From positions 16,264-48,263 of the forward strand of contig JAEILR010000004.1 of assembly GCA_016109435.1 (NCBI GenBank): 32,000 nucleotides of DNA. Reading direction: 5' to 3'. The number at the start of each line of letters is the position of its first letter. Positions within the stretch are counted from its first letter, which is position 1. The notes under the pieces are model-generated. The model was given only the letters and a program-made list of their open reading frames with translations. It searched no databases and was not told the DNA's origin. Shown here one piece after another: positions 8,421 to 17,695 of this stretch. The stretch comes from Methanomassiliicoccus sp. (GTDB lineage Archaea; Thermoplasmatota; Thermoplasmata; Methanomassiliicoccales; Methanomassiliicoccaceae). A program made the position numbers and the translations under genes.

Positions 8421-9379
8421 ACCTGCGGACCAACGGACAAGGGGGCACGGTCTATACCCTGGCCCTCAACCCGGCCATCGATCGGACCTTCTGGGTGGAC
8501 AGAATCGATTATGAGGAGGCTAACCGGGTGCAGCAGGAATGCCGGTACCCCGGGGGCAAGGGGATCGATGTTTCCCGCGTCCTCACCAACCTCGGCCTTC
8601 CCAACATGGCCATGGGCTTCGTCGGCGGGTATACGGGCGAGGAGCTGGAGCGCCGCCTGGCCTGTGAGGGCGTGATCACCGACCTCGTCCCCATCTCCGG
8701 GGAGACCCGCACCAACATCATCGTCCACGAAAACTCCACCGGCCGCCAGATCCTGCTCACCGCCAGCGGACCGGAGGTGTCCCCGGCGGAGATGAACGCC
8801 CTCCTTGCCAAGCTGGGAGCGCTGGAGGACGCCGGAATGGTGGCCATGGGCGGCAGCCTCCCGCCGGGCGCGGGCGCGGACACCTACCGCCGCATCATCG
8901 AGATGATGAAGGAAAAGGGCATCATCACCCTGCTGGACGCCGACGGGGAGGCGCTGAGGGAGGGGATAAAGGCCGGTCCTGACTACATCAAGCCGAACCG
9001 GTTCGAGCTGAGCGAGCTGGTGGGAAGGCCGCTTCCGGACGTCGAGGACGTGGTGGAGGCTGCGGAAGGCATCCGCTCTGGAGGGGTGGGCATGGTGCTG
9101 GCATCGATGGCGGCGGAGGGCATGGTGCTCGTAGGGAACGGCCAACGGTACTGGGCCGTGCCTCCCCGGGTCGACGCGGTCAACACTGTGGGGGTCGGCG
9201 ATTCCGCCGTAGCCGGGTTCATCTACGGCCTGGCGATGAAGAAGGGAGCCCCGGAGAGCCTCAGGTACGGCTCCGCCGCGGGGACGGCGACGGCTCTGAA
9301 ACCGGGGACCGCCCGGGCCGGCAAGGAGGACGTGATGGCCATGCTCCCGCGGGTGGCCATCAGGGACATATCGAGGTAG
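8417..9379 (+). CDS. pfkB: 1-phosphofructokinase-family hexose-phosphate kinase (PfkB/FruK type)
   Basis: Motifs are TLALNPAIDRT, GGKGIDVSRVL, IKPNRFELSEL and TVGVGDSAVAGFIYGL. Its ATG overlaps the ppsA stop (ATGA). Confidence 0.85.
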   Translation: MNLRTNGQGGTVYTLALNPAIDRTFWVDRIDYEEANRVQQECRYPGGKGIDVSRVLTNLGLPNMAMGFVGGYTGEELERRLACEGVITDLVPISGETRTNIIVHENSTGRQILLTASGPEVSPAEMNALLAKLGALEDAGMVAMGGSLPPGAGADTYRRIIEMMKEKGIITLLDADGEALREGIKAGPDYIKPNRFELSELVGRPLPDVEDVVEAAEGIRSGGVGMVLASMAAEGMVLVGNGQRYWAVPPRVDAVNTVGVGDSAVAGFIYGLAMKKGAPESLRYGSAAGTATALKPGTARAGKEDVMAMLPRVAIRDISR

Positions 9380-9384
9380 CGGAC

Positions 9385-10305
9385 ATGAACGAAGGAAAGG
9401 ACGCCATGGTGCCCCTGGACGTGCCCAGGGGGGCGAGGAAGGAGTATATCGATCGATATTCGGCCCTTACCGCCGGAAGGGGAAGGCTCATGCTCTTCGC
9501 CGGAGATCAGAAGATTGAGCATCTCCATGCTGATTTCCACGGCGAGGGCATCTCCCCTGACGACGCCGACCCCGAGCACCTGTTCCGCATCGCCGACCGG
9601 TCAAAGATAGGCGCCTTCGCCACCCAGTTCGGGCTCATCGCCCGTTATGGTGAGGACTACCGCAACGTCCCCTACGTGGTCAAGCTGAACTCCAAGACCA
9701 ACCTGGTCAAGACGCTGCAGGCCGAGCCGCTGAGCGGAACGCTGTGGTCGGTGGACGACGTGGCGGCCCTGAGGGCGGAGAGCGACCTCAACATACTGGG
9801 GGTCGGGTACACGTTCTACATCGGGAGCGAGCACGAGGCGATCATGCTGAGGGAGGCGGCCCAGGTGGTCCACCAGGCTCACCACTACGGCTTACCGGCC
9901 ATACTGTGGGCATACGCCCGGGGCCGGGCCGTGCCGGTGGAAAAGGACCCCCCGGTCATCGCCGGGGCGGCAGGGGTCGCCGCCTGCCTGGGCGCGGACT
10001 TCGCCAAGGTGAACTATCCTGACGGACCAGATGCTCCTGAGCGGCTGAAGGAAGTGGTGGCCGCGGCCGGCAGGACCAAGGTCATCTGCTCCGGGGGCGG
10101 GCGGATGGAGGTGGAGGCGTTCCTGCGGAGGCTGCACCAGCAGATCCACGTTTCCGGGACCTCGGGCTCCGCCACCGGCAGGAATATACATCAGAAATCA
10201 CTGGAGGAAGCGGTGCGGTTCTCCAATGCCGTGTACGCTGTCACGGTGGAGGACGCCTCGGTCAGGGATGCCATGAGCATTTACTGGGGAGATCTGGGAG
10301 CATGA
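9385..10305 (+). CDS. fba: class I fructose-bisphosphate aldolase (DhnA/FbaB, archaeal type)
   Basis: This is a DeoC/FbaB-family protein with VVKLNSKT and the Schiff-base region [10 protein letters not shown]. The glycolytic context supports the call. The paralogous ADH synthase (AroA') cannot be excluded from sequence alone. Confidence 0.7.
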   Translation: MNEGKDAMVPLDVPRGARKEYIDRYSALTAGRGRLMLFAGDQKIEHLHADFHGEGISPDDADPEHLFRIADRSKIGAFATQFGLIARYGEDYRNVPYVVKLNSKTNLVKTLQAEPLSGTLWSVDDVAALRAESDLNILGVGYTFYIGSEHEAIMLREAAQVVHQAHHYGLPAILWAYARGRAVPVEKDPPVIAGAAGVAACLGADFAKVNYPDGPDAPERLKEVVAAAGRTKVICSGGGRMEVEAFLRRLHQQIHVSGTSGSATGRNIHQKSLEEAVRFSNAVYAVTVEDASVRDAMSIYWGDLGA

Positions 10306-11042
10306 CCAAGGTAGTACTGCTGCGTCATGGGCAGAGCGAGTGGAACCGGGACGGCAAGTTCACCGGATGGACCGACGTGGACCTGTCAGAGGAGGGCCGC
10401 AGGGAGGCCGCACTCGCCGGCAAGCGGCTGAAGGAAGCGGGCGTCGTGTTCGAGACCGTCTATACCTCGGTGCTGAAGAGAGCGATCCGCACCACCTGGA
10501 TCGCCCTGGACGAGATGGACCTGATGTGGCTCCCCATCGACCATACCTGGCGGCTCAACGAGCGGCACTACGGTGCCCTCCAGGGGCTGAGCAAGGAGGA
10601 GATGGTAGAGCTGCACGGCAAGGACGCTGTCCATACCTGGCGCCGCAGCTATGACGTCCGACCGCCGCCGCTGGACCGCGATGACCCCCGGCACCCCCGG
10701 TTCGATCCCCGCTATGCCGGCCTCGACGCCGGCGACCTCCCCTCGTCCGAATCGCTCAAGGACACCCTGGCGCGCACCCTTCCCTACTGGCGGGAGCGCA
10801 TCCTCCCTCAGGTGCTAAAGGGAAGGAACGTTCTGGTGTCGGCCCACGGGAACAGCCTCAGGGCGCTGGTGAAGCACCTGGACGGGATCTCGGACGCCGA
10901 CATCCCCGGGGTGAACATACCTACGGGGATCCCCTTGGTATACGAGATGGACGGCGAGAGGGTGGTGGAGCGTCGCTACCTGGCCTCCGAGGAGGAGCTG
11001 TCAGGGGCCAAGGAGAAAGCGGCCGGGACCGCTAGCAAGTGA
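10302..11042 (+). CDS. gpmA: 2,3-bisphosphoglycerate-dependent phosphoglycerate mutase
   Basis: Motifs are [40 protein letters not shown] and [10 protein letters not shown]. Its ATG overlaps the fba stop (ATGA). Confidence 0.93.
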   Translation: MTKVVLLRHGQSEWNRDGKFTGWTDVDLSEEGRREAALAGKRLKEAGVVFETVYTSVLKRAIRTTWIALDEMDLMWLPIDHTWRLNERHYGALQGLSKEEMVELHGKDAVHTWRRSYDVRPPPLDRDDPRHPRFDPRYAGLDAGDLPSSESLKDTLARTLPYWRERILPQVLKGRNVLVSAHGNSLRALVKHLDGISDADIPGVNIPTGIPLVYEMDGERVVERRYLASEEELSGAKEKAAGTASK

Positions 11043-12233
11043 GAGCGAGACGGTCCCTGCCTCGGCCGTTTCCAGCGCCCTCACCGCCGGAAGTTCCTTC
11101 CCGGCGAGCATCTCCAGGAACGCCCCTCCCCCGGTGGATACGTACGACATCCGCCCGTCCAGCCCCCACCGCCTGATCGCCGCCCCGGTGTCGCCACCCC
11201 CTACCAGAGTGAACGCGGAGGACGCCGCCATGGCCTCGGCCACCGCGCGGGTGCCGCGGTCGTAAGGGGCTTGCTCGAACACCCCCAGCGGCCCGTTCCA
11301 GATCATGGTGCCGGCGCTCCGAACCTGGGAGATGAACTGCTCCATCGCCGCCGGCCCGATATCCATGACCTCTGAGGCCTCTCCCGCCTCCTCCGGAGCA
11401 ACGACCCGGGGGGAGCCGTCCTCGTTCTTTCCCCCTACAAGGTCCGCGGGCAGGAGAAACCTCCCCTCCCCCGCTCCGGTCAGGATGCGGCCGGCCTCTG
11501 CCACCATCTCTTCGTCCAAACCCCGGCCCACGTACCTTCCCTGGGCACTAAGGAAGGGAAGGGACATCATCCCCCCCAGCAATATCCTGTCGGCTATCCT
11601 GGAAAGATTCTCCAGCACTCCTATCTTGGTCTTCACCTTGGCTCCTCCGATCACCGCCACCAGCGGCCTGCGGGGGGCGTCCAGGGCCCTGCACAGCATG
11701 GTTAGCTCGCGCTTCATCAGCAGGCCGCCGCCCCGGGCGGCGATGTGATGGACCACCCCCACGTTGGAGGCGTGGGCCCGATGGGCGGTGGAGAACGCGT
11801 CGTCGATGTACACGTCGGCGTACGATGCCAGTGCGCGGGCCAAACCCTCGTCGTTCTCTTCCTCGCCGGGGTCGAACCTGAGGTTCTCCAGCATGATGAC
11901 CGAGCCCGGCGCCAGCGCCTTTGCTCGCTCTTCGACCGTGCCCCCACGGACCTCTGGCACGAACCCGACCTCGGCCCCCAGGAGATCGGACAGCCTGGCG
12001 CTCACCGGGGCGAGGCTGAGGGCGGGGACCTTCCGCCCCCCGGGCCTTCCCAGATGGGACACGATGACGAGGCCGCAATCCCTCTCCAGCGCGTATCGTA
12101 TGGTCGGCAGCACCGCAAGGATGCGGCTGTCGTCCGCCACCCGCCCTCCGTCCAGAGGGACGTTGAGGTCCGCTCTCAGAAGAACCCTCTTCCCCCCGAC
12201 GTCCATCTGGTCGATGTACTGCAGCGTGCTCAT
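11001..12233 (-). CDS. pgk: phosphoglycerate kinase
   Basis: Motifs are [25 protein letters not shown] and GGGDTGAA...[20 protein letters not shown] chose the start at the internal ATG ([10 protein letters not shown]...), which lies 27 nt downstream of a TATA box. The 3' end overlaps gpmA by 42 nt. Confidence 0.92.
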   Translation of the reverse strand: MSTLQYIDQMDVGGKRVLLRADLNVPLDGGRVADDSRILAVLPTIRYALERDCGLVIVSHLGRPGGRKVPALSLAPVSARLSDLLGAEVGFVPEVRGGTVEERAKALAPGSVIMLENLRFDPGEEENDEGLARALASYADVYIDDAFSTAHRAHASNVGVVHHIAARGGGLLMKRELTMLCRALDAPRRPLVAVIGGAKVKTKIGVLENLSRIADRILLGGMMSLPFLSAQGRYVGRGLDEEMVAEAGRILTGAGEGRFLLPADLVGGKNEDGSPRVVAPEEAGEASEVMDIGPAAMEQFISQVRSAGTMIWNGPLGVFEQAPYDRGTRAVAEAMAASSAFTLVGGGDTGAAIRRWGLDGRMSYVSTGGGAFLEMLAGKELPAVRALETAEAGTVSLSLASGPGRFLLGP

Positions 12234-12256
12234 GTTCGTAACGTGCAGCGGGCGGG

Positions 12257-12263
12257 ATAAATC
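12257..12263 (-). promoter_or_regulatory. TATA box for pgk (leaderless)
   Basis: The minus strand reads aattGATTTATcc, centred about 27 nt upstream of the ATG at 12233. Confidence 0.45.
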
Positions 12264-12303
12264 AATTGGGGGGCATGTCCCCGTCAACGACGCCGACGTC
12301 CCT

Positions 12304-12792
12304 TCAGGACCTTGAGGCAACGGCGTCGGCGAGCTCGGCCACCCTTCCCTGCCAACCCTCTTCCAGCGGCCCTTTCATCTCCCTCACGAAGATGATCTTA
12401 TCGGCGACCTTGACCAGGCCCTTCCCGTTCAGTATCTCACAGAGGATCGGTATGGTCCTTCTCCAGCGTTCCATCTCCTCTTCCGTGGGCACCTTTCCGG
12501 TCTTCTTGTCTGGCGTCTCCCGGATATGGGTGGCGAAGATGGCGTACTTCGTTCCCGGCGGCAGGTTGGCCTTCTTGACGAACCGGCGCATGTTACCGGA
12601 CGGCTTCCCCATGCGCGTACCCGATCCGAAGACGTACAGGTCCGCCGGCGGCAGTTCCTTGGCCCTCGCCTCGTCGATGTGATACACGTTCACCTGGTGG
12701 CCCCTGGCCTCCATGACCCGCTTGAACTCGTCGGCGACCTTCGCCCCGTTCCCGTACTTCGATGCGTGATACAGCTCGATCCTCATGACCAT
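12304..12792 (-). CDS. flavodoxin-like fold protein
   Basis: This 162-aa protein reads MRIELYHASKYGNGAKVADEF...DLYVFGSGTRMGKPSGNMRRFVKK. That is a short-chain flavodoxin-like pattern. Confidence 0.65.
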   Translation of the reverse strand: MVMRIELYHASKYGNGAKVADEFKRVMEARGHQVNVYHIDEARAKELPPADLYVFGSGTRMGKPSGNMRRFVKKANLPPGTKYAIFATHIRETPDKKTGKVPTEEEMERWRRTIPILCEILNGKGLVKVADKIIFVREMKGPLEEGWQGRVAELADAVASRS

Positions 12793-12871
12793 ACCGCCGG
12801 CCCCAGAACGGGACGGAGCGCTCTTAATGATAGTTACGCTCCGGCGGGGCGGAGGGGACGGCGTTCGGCCG

Positions 12872-14179
12872 CTACCGCGACCAGGTCCTCCTGCGGAGGT
12901 CTATGGTCTCCTCCCGACCCTTCCCGAAGGACACGATGCCGATGGGGATCCCGCTGCTGGTGGTGATGAAGTCGAGGTACTTGCGCATGTTCTTCGGCAG
13001 AGCAGCGTACCCCTTCCTGATGATGTCGGCGGGCTTGCTGGAGGCCGCTGTCCATCCCTCCAGTTCCTCGTAGATGGGCTTGGCACGGGCGAGACGGAAC
13101 ACGCTCGCCGGGAAGTCCTCCACGATCTGGCCGTCGATCTCATAGGCTACGCATACCTTCAGCGTCGGAAGGTCGCTCAGGACGTCCAGCTTGGTGACGG
13201 CCAGGGATGTCATGCCGCTGAGGCGTATGGCGTGGCGCACCACTACCATGTCCAGCCACCCGCATCGGCGCGGCCGGCCGGTGGTGGTGCCGAACTCGCC
13301 TCCTACGTTCTGCAGGTGCAGTCCCATCGCATCGTGCAGTTCGGTGACGAACGGCCCGGCCCCCACCCTGGTGGTGTACGCCTTGGTGACCCCGATGACC
13401 TCTTCCACCGCCGAGGGGGGCACTCCCGCCCCGTTGCATATGCCGGCCGCGGTGCAGTTGGAGGAGGTGACGTACGGATAGGTGCCGTGGTCTATGTCCA
13501 GCATGGTTCCCTGGGCTCCCTCGAACATCACCTTCTTGCCTTCCTGGATGGCCCTGTTCACCAGGACCGAGGTGTCGGTGATGTACGGACGGTACAGGTT
13601 GCCGTACTCCAGGAGGGTCCTCAGCAGCGAGGCCTTCTCCAGGTCCAGCTTGATCCCCAGGGACTGGGCGAGGCGCTCCTTCTGCGGGAAGATGGTGTCC
13701 AGCCTCTCCCACAGGTATACTTCGTCCAACAGGTCCCCCATGCGGATGCCCGCCCGGGCGACCTTGTCGGCGTAGCATGGTCCGATGCCCCGGCCGGTGG
13801 TACCCACGCCCTTGTTCCCCCTAGCCCTCTCCTCGGCTCCGTCCAGCAGACGGTGGTACGGCAGGACGACGTTGGCGCGGTCCGAGATCCTCAGCATCTC
13901 CCCGCTACGGCCGGTCTTGCGCAGCATGGCCAGCTCGTTCTTCAACTGTTCCAGGTCGACGACCAGGCCGTTGCCGATGACCGAGAGAACACCCTCGCGG
14001 ATGATGCCCGACGGCAGCAGGTGGAGGGCGATCACCTCATTGCCCACCTTGATGGTATGGCCAGCGTTGGCGCCCCCCTGGAACCTCACCACCAGGTCGG
14101 CGTCCTCGGCCAGATAGTCGGTGATCTTTCCCTTACCCTCGTCGCCCCACTGCGAGCCGATTACAGCTAATGTTGGCAT
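12872..14179 (-). CDS. purA: adenylosuccinate synthase
   Basis: Motifs are GSQWGDEGKGKITDYL, GGANAGHT, GTTGRGIGPCY and TTGRPRRCGWLD. Confidence 0.95.
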   Translation of the reverse strand: MPTLAVIGSQWGDEGKGKITDYLAEDADLVVRFQGGANAGHTIKVGNEVIALHLLPSGIIREGVLSVIGNGLVVDLEQLKNELAMLRKTGRSGEMLRISDRANVVLPYHRLLDGAEERARGNKGVGTTGRGIGPCYADKVARAGIRMGDLLDEVYLWERLDTIFPQKERLAQSLGIKLDLEKASLLRTLLEYGNLYRPYITDTSVLVNRAIQEGKKVMFEGAQGTMLDIDHGTYPYVTSSNCTAAGICNGAGVPPSAVEEVIGVTKAYTTRVGAGPFVTELHDAMGLHLQNVGGEFGTTTGRPRRCGWLDMVVVRHAIRLSGMTSLAVTKLDVLSDLPTLKVCVAYEIDGQIVEDFPASVFRLARAKPIYEELEGWTAASSKPADIIRKGYAALPKNMRKYLDFITTSSGIPIGIVSFGKGREETIDLRRRTWSR

Positions 14180-14225
14180 CGGATGACCGTCCTCGTCATA
14201 TTATGGCTTAGATTCAAATATTTTT

Positions 14226-15335
14226 TCAACTCCCCTTTACCGAACGATAGATGTCTAGGACCTCCCGAAGGTCGAGATCGGTCCTGATTCCGGTAGGGGA
14301 GAAATGCGTCCTTGATACCTTCCCTGCGGCCCCCAGCGCCTCGAACACCGCGTCCAGCCTCCTGGGGGATACCCTCACCATGGAGGCCAGTTCGTCATTG
14401 TCGTAGAAGAAGGGGACGTCCAGTTCCTTCCTCCACAGCTCCAGGTACTTGGCGCAGCGCCCCCTGGTCTGGAGGTTCTCCCCGGCGTTCATGTTGGCTA
14501 GGAGATCGTGATCGTGCAGCGGACCCAGCCACAGGGGGCCGATGGAACGGGGAGAGGTCCTCTCCGCCGACGCCCGGCGCTCTCCGGTGACAGGGTCGTA
14601 ATCGATGTAACCCAGGCGGTCGAGGGTCCGGTCGGCCTCTCCCCCGCCCTCCCTGACCCGCACGTAGGTCCGCATGTAGTGATCGGCGTAGAACGACAGC
14701 AGGCACTCCAGCCCCTTATCCTCCTTCGCCGCCTCCCTGGCGATATGGCCTATGAGGATCCTCAGCCCGCTCTCGTGGCCGAAGGGGGAGCGCATGGAGA
14801 AGGCGCCGTAGCGGCGCTGGCACTTCTTGGGGTAAGTCCCGGCGAGCGGCGCGGTGTCAGTAGCGGTGAACCCCGCGGCCCCGTGGCGCCTCAACCCCTG
14901 CAGCGCGGAGGGGATGAAGTGCACCGGACTGCCGAACGGATCGATGTCCACGTAATCAAAGACCTTCCTGGCCAGAACGCACCGGAGATCGTCATTGCTC
15001 ACCTCCACCTTATCGGCGCGGGCGTGCTCCGCGTTCGCCCGGATGTAGTCGCAGGCCCGGGGATCGCGATCGTTGGCCACGATGGTCATGTCCGGCCTGG
15101 CCTCGTTAGCGACCCGCACCGCCCTGGTGCCGGTGCTGGCCATGGCATCGAGTGCAGTCCTCGCTCGCGGATAGGCCTTCAGCAGCATGACCGTGACATC
15201 GCGATTGAAGGCCATCTGGTCGTTGAAGAAAACGGCCCCGGTGCGCTTGCCAGGTCCCTTCACCGAGTGCAGCGCGGGAACGAAGAGCTCGGTGGCACCT
15301 TCCATCACGAGCTCGGAATTGTCAGGTACGGTCAC
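14226..15335 (-). CDS. trm1: tRNA (guanine26-N2)-dimethyltransferase
   Basis: Motifs are VFFNDQMAFNRDVTV, ALDAMASTGTRAVRVANE and DIDPFGSP. I chose the start at the GTG that overlaps the upstream stop (GTGA), giving 369 aa. An alternative ATG is at 15305. The track ORF extension to 15587 overlaps the NTPase gene and is Arg-rich junk. Confidence 0.85.
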   Translation of the reverse strand: MTVPDNSELVMEGATELFVPALHSVKGPGKRTGAVFFNDQMAFNRDVTVMLLKAYPRARTALDAMASTGTRAVRVANEARPDMTIVANDRDPRACDYIRANAEHARADKVEVSNDDLRCVLARKVFDYVDIDPFGSPVHFIPSALQGLRRHGAAGFTATDTAPLAGTYPKKCQRRYGAFSMRSPFGHESGLRILIGHIAREAAKEDKGLECLLSFYADHYMRTYVRVREGGGEADRTLDRLGYIDYDPVTGERRASAERTSPRSIGPLWLGPLHDHDLLANMNAGENLQTRGRCAKYLELWRKELDVPFFYDNDELASMVRVSPRRLDAVFEALGAAGKVSRTHFSPTGIRTDLDLREVLDIYRSVKGS

Positions 15336-15877
15336 AGAAGCTCGCCCTTCATGAGCTTCATGATCTTGTAGGGAAGAAGGTTCCGGTTGATCGGCGTGAC
15401 CTCGAGAATGCGCACGTCGTCCCGCCGCCGGATGTCCTGCAGAAGAGGATTGCGGGATTTCTTGTGAAGTGTCAGCAGAAGGGGTTTTTCGATGTCCAGA
15501 GCGTATTTTACAGTGTCGATGAAGGTCGGGGACTCTACTTCCATGCGGCCTACCTCGTCGATGACGATGACGTCGGCGTCCTCGCATGCCTTCATCAAAG
15601 CTTTGACCCCTACCTCTTCCAGAACGTCCAGGTCCACCCCGAACTTCCCTACTGAGAACTTCGAGTGGATGTTCACATGCGCGAACACTCCCTTCTCCTT
15701 GCTCGCCCAGTCGATGATGGCGAAGCCGGTCCGCTTGTTGTCCTCGATGATGGGCTCGGTGACCATACCCCCTACGGCCACCCCCTCGGCCTCCAGCATC
15801 TCTATGACCTTGAGCAAAGCATGGGTCTTGCCCGCGCCAGGCAGACCCGTGATACCGATCTTGATAGTGGTGTTCAT
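15332..15877 (-). CDS. nucleoside-triphosphatase, THEP1/MJ1559 family
   Basis: It reads MNTTIKIGITGLPGAGKTHALLKV...GGMVTEPI...KRTGFAI...VGKFGV...VIVIDEVGRME. An alternative start is at 15892 (MSGDKMNTT). Confidence 0.8.
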   Translation of the reverse strand: MNTTIKIGITGLPGAGKTHALLKVIEMLEAEGVAVGGMVTEPIIEDNKRTGFAIIDWASKEKGVFAHVNIHSKFSVGKFGVDLDVLEEVGVKALMKACEDADVIVIDEVGRMEVESPTFIDTVKYALDIEKPLLLTLHKKSRNPLLQDIRRRDDVRILEVTPINRNLLPYKIMKLMKGELL

Positions 15878-16060
15878 TTTGTCACCGGACATGAGGCGAG
15901 CAAATCCCCTAATATTGAAACGATGCCACCCCGAATGGGCATCCTTCATTAATATGGTTTTCTAGAGGATTATTCTACCGGACCAATACAACCATCGCCA
16001 GCACTGAACCGAGGGGCGGGAAGGGTCGAAGGCCTTGACCGAACCCAGATCATCGATGGG

Positions 16061-16453
16061 TCAGTCTCCGATCTCCTCGATCGAGCTGATGTACATCAGC
16101 GGGTAATGGATGTCCTCGATGTAACGCATCTCGCCCACCGCCTCCACCTTGCCGATTCGGATGGTGACCTTCATGTCCAGCATCTCACCCGTCAGGGACT
16201 GGTAGTCGTACTCGTTCCTCTTCCGCTTGAGGCGGTCCCTCTGGATATGGACCCTGACCGAACGGACGAACGGCTGTACCTTGACCCCTTCCTCTATCGC
16301 CCGCTCTAAGCTCTCCACGTTGGATGCGCTCACCGGGGTGCCTATGAACTGATGGTACACCGCCGCCAGCTTGATCCCCGCCTCGAACACCGCCCTCTCG
16401 CGGTCCGTGCACCGGAAGTAGCCAGTGGCCTTCTCCTCTCGAGTCACGCTCAT
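16061..16453 (-). CDS. mptD: archaeal dihydroneopterin aldolase-like protein (MptD / PF04038 type)
   Basis: This 130-aa protein has the core ERAVFEAGIKLAAVYHQFIGTPVS...SLERAIEE...YPLMYI. I recognise this from memory as MJ0408-like, and it needs an HMM check. Confidence 0.55.
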   Translation of the reverse strand: MSVTREEKATGYFRCTDRERAVFEAGIKLAAVYHQFIGTPVSASNVESLERAIEEGVKVQPFVRSVRVHIQRDRLKRKRNEYDYQSLTGEMLDMKVTIRIGKVEAVGEMRYIEDIHYPLMYISSIEEIGD

Positions 16454-16608
16454 GTGCCGACGGTTCTATTGACATGGGTGGGGACATAATAAATGTGCTG
16501 GAGAGGGCAGGACGGGCACGACGGACGCCCGCCCCGTTCATCGGGGTATGGGAATGGCATCCGGCCGGCGAGCCCCTCCCTGGAGGCTCATGAGCACGCT
16601 TCACCGCT

Positions 16609-16620
16609 GGCCTTAAGGCC
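16609..16620. promoter_or_regulatory. perfect 12-nt palindrome GGCCTTAAGGCC upstream of the nadA TATA box (candidate operator)
   Basis: The palindrome is read directly from the sequence. It lies about 20-25 nt upstream of the TATA box at 16639-16645. Confidence 0.25.
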
Positions 16621-16638
16621 TTCTCTCTGAATCAATTA

Positions 16639-16645
16639 TTTATAT
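16639..16645 (+). promoter_or_regulatory. TATA box for nadA (leaderless)
   Basis: attaTTTATATcatt is centred about 27 nt upstream of the ATG at 16669. Confidence 0.55.
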
Positions 16646-16668
16646 CATTCCCATTATCACGAACCCTA

Positions 16669-17574
16669 ATGCGGCCCCAGGACCGGCTGATGGAACTTAA
16701 GAAGGAGCGGAACGCCGTCATCCTTGCGCACAATTACCAAGTCCCCGAGATACAGGACATCGCCGATTTCGTCGGCGACTCCCTGGGGCTGGCCATGGCG
16801 GCGGCCAAGACCACTGCCGACGTGATCGTTTTCTGCGGCGTCGACTTCATGGCCGAAAGCGCCAAGATCCTCAATCCGTCGAAGACCGTGCTCCACCCCG
16901 AGCCCAAGGCCAAGTGCCCGATGGCGGCCATGTGCGACCCCGCGGGGGTCCGCATGCTCAAGAAGGACTTCCCCCGTGCCGACGTGGTCGCGTACGTCAA
17001 CACCTCGGCGGAGTGCAAGGCGGAGGCGGACGTGTGCTGCACCTCCTCGAACGCCGTCAAGGTCGTCAACAGCCTGGAGTCCGATCTGGTCATATTCATC
17101 CCCGACGAGAACCTGGCATCCTTCGTTCAGCGCTCCACGGACAAGGACATCATACCCTGGCCCGGTTTCTGCCCGACCCACGAGTCCATAACCGTGGAGA
17201 AGTTGAACAAGCTGAAGGATGAGCATCCCGGTGCCGCCGTGGTGGTCCACCCTGAGTGCAGGCCGGATGTCATCGACACCGCCGACGCGGTCAGGTCCAC
17301 CGAGGGGATGATGAACTATGTCCGGGAGTCCCCCAAGAAGGATTTCATCATCGGCACCGAGCAGGAGATGCTGTATCGGCTCAGGAAGGAGAACCCTGGG
17401 AAGAACTTTTACGCCGTTCCCGGAGCGCTCTGCCCGACCATGAAGCTGATCACCCTCGATAACGTTCTGGCCGCCCTGGAATCAATGTCCCCGGAGGTCG
17501 CCCTGGGTCCCGAACTCATGGAGAGGGCAAGGAAACCCCTGCAGCGGATGATGGACATCGGCCGCGGCGACTGA
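16669..17574 (+). CDS. nadA: quinolinate synthase
   Basis: It has LKKERNAVILAHNYQVPEIQDIADFVGDSL and the conserved Cys ligands (FCGVDFMAE, CPMAAMC, CPTH..., VVHPEC). Length is 301 aa. Confidence 0.93.
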   Translation: MRPQDRLMELKKERNAVILAHNYQVPEIQDIADFVGDSLGLAMAAAKTTADVIVFCGVDFMAESAKILNPSKTVLHPEPKAKCPMAAMCDPAGVRMLKKDFPRADVVAYVNTSAECKAEADVCCTSSNAVKVVNSLESDLVIFIPDENLASFVQRSTDKDIIPWPGFCPTHESITVEKLNKLKDEHPGAAVVVHPECRPDVIDTADAVRSTEGMMNYVRESPKKDFIIGTEQEMLYRLRKENPGKNFYAVPGALCPTMKLITLDNVLAALESMSPEVALGPELMERARKPLQRMMDIGRGD

Positions 17575-17661
17575 CCGCCTCCCTCTCGTCCCAGGGCGTT
17601 CCTCTCTTTCGAACTGCCGATAGCGCCTTGGTCACGCCAGGCCTAACATCCCTGACCCGCC

Positions 17662-17671
17662 ATTAAATAAG
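17662..17671 (+). promoter_or_regulatory. TATA box for the 17696 gene (leaderless)
   Basis: attaaataag is centred about 30 nt upstream of the ATG at 17696. This supports that ATG over the TTG at 17678 used by the ORF track. Confidence 0.5.
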
Positions 17672-17695
17672 CGCTGATTGATTGTTATTAACGGT

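Noticed and set aside
14226-15587. A long N-terminal extension of trm1 (453-aa ORF) overlaps the NTPase gene.
   Set aside because: The extension is Arg/His-rich, lacks Trm1 homology and overlaps a well-supported gene by about 250 nt. A GTG start overlapping the upstream stop (GTGA) gives a normal-length Trm1.
16495-16608. A GC-rich ~110-nt block between the divergent mptD and nadA promoters, considered as a possible small RNA.
   Set aside because: It has only short (4-5 bp) hairpins and no recognisable boxes, promoter or oligo-T terminator. The evidence is insufficient. Only the adjacent 12-nt palindrome was kept, as a low-confidence regulatory site.
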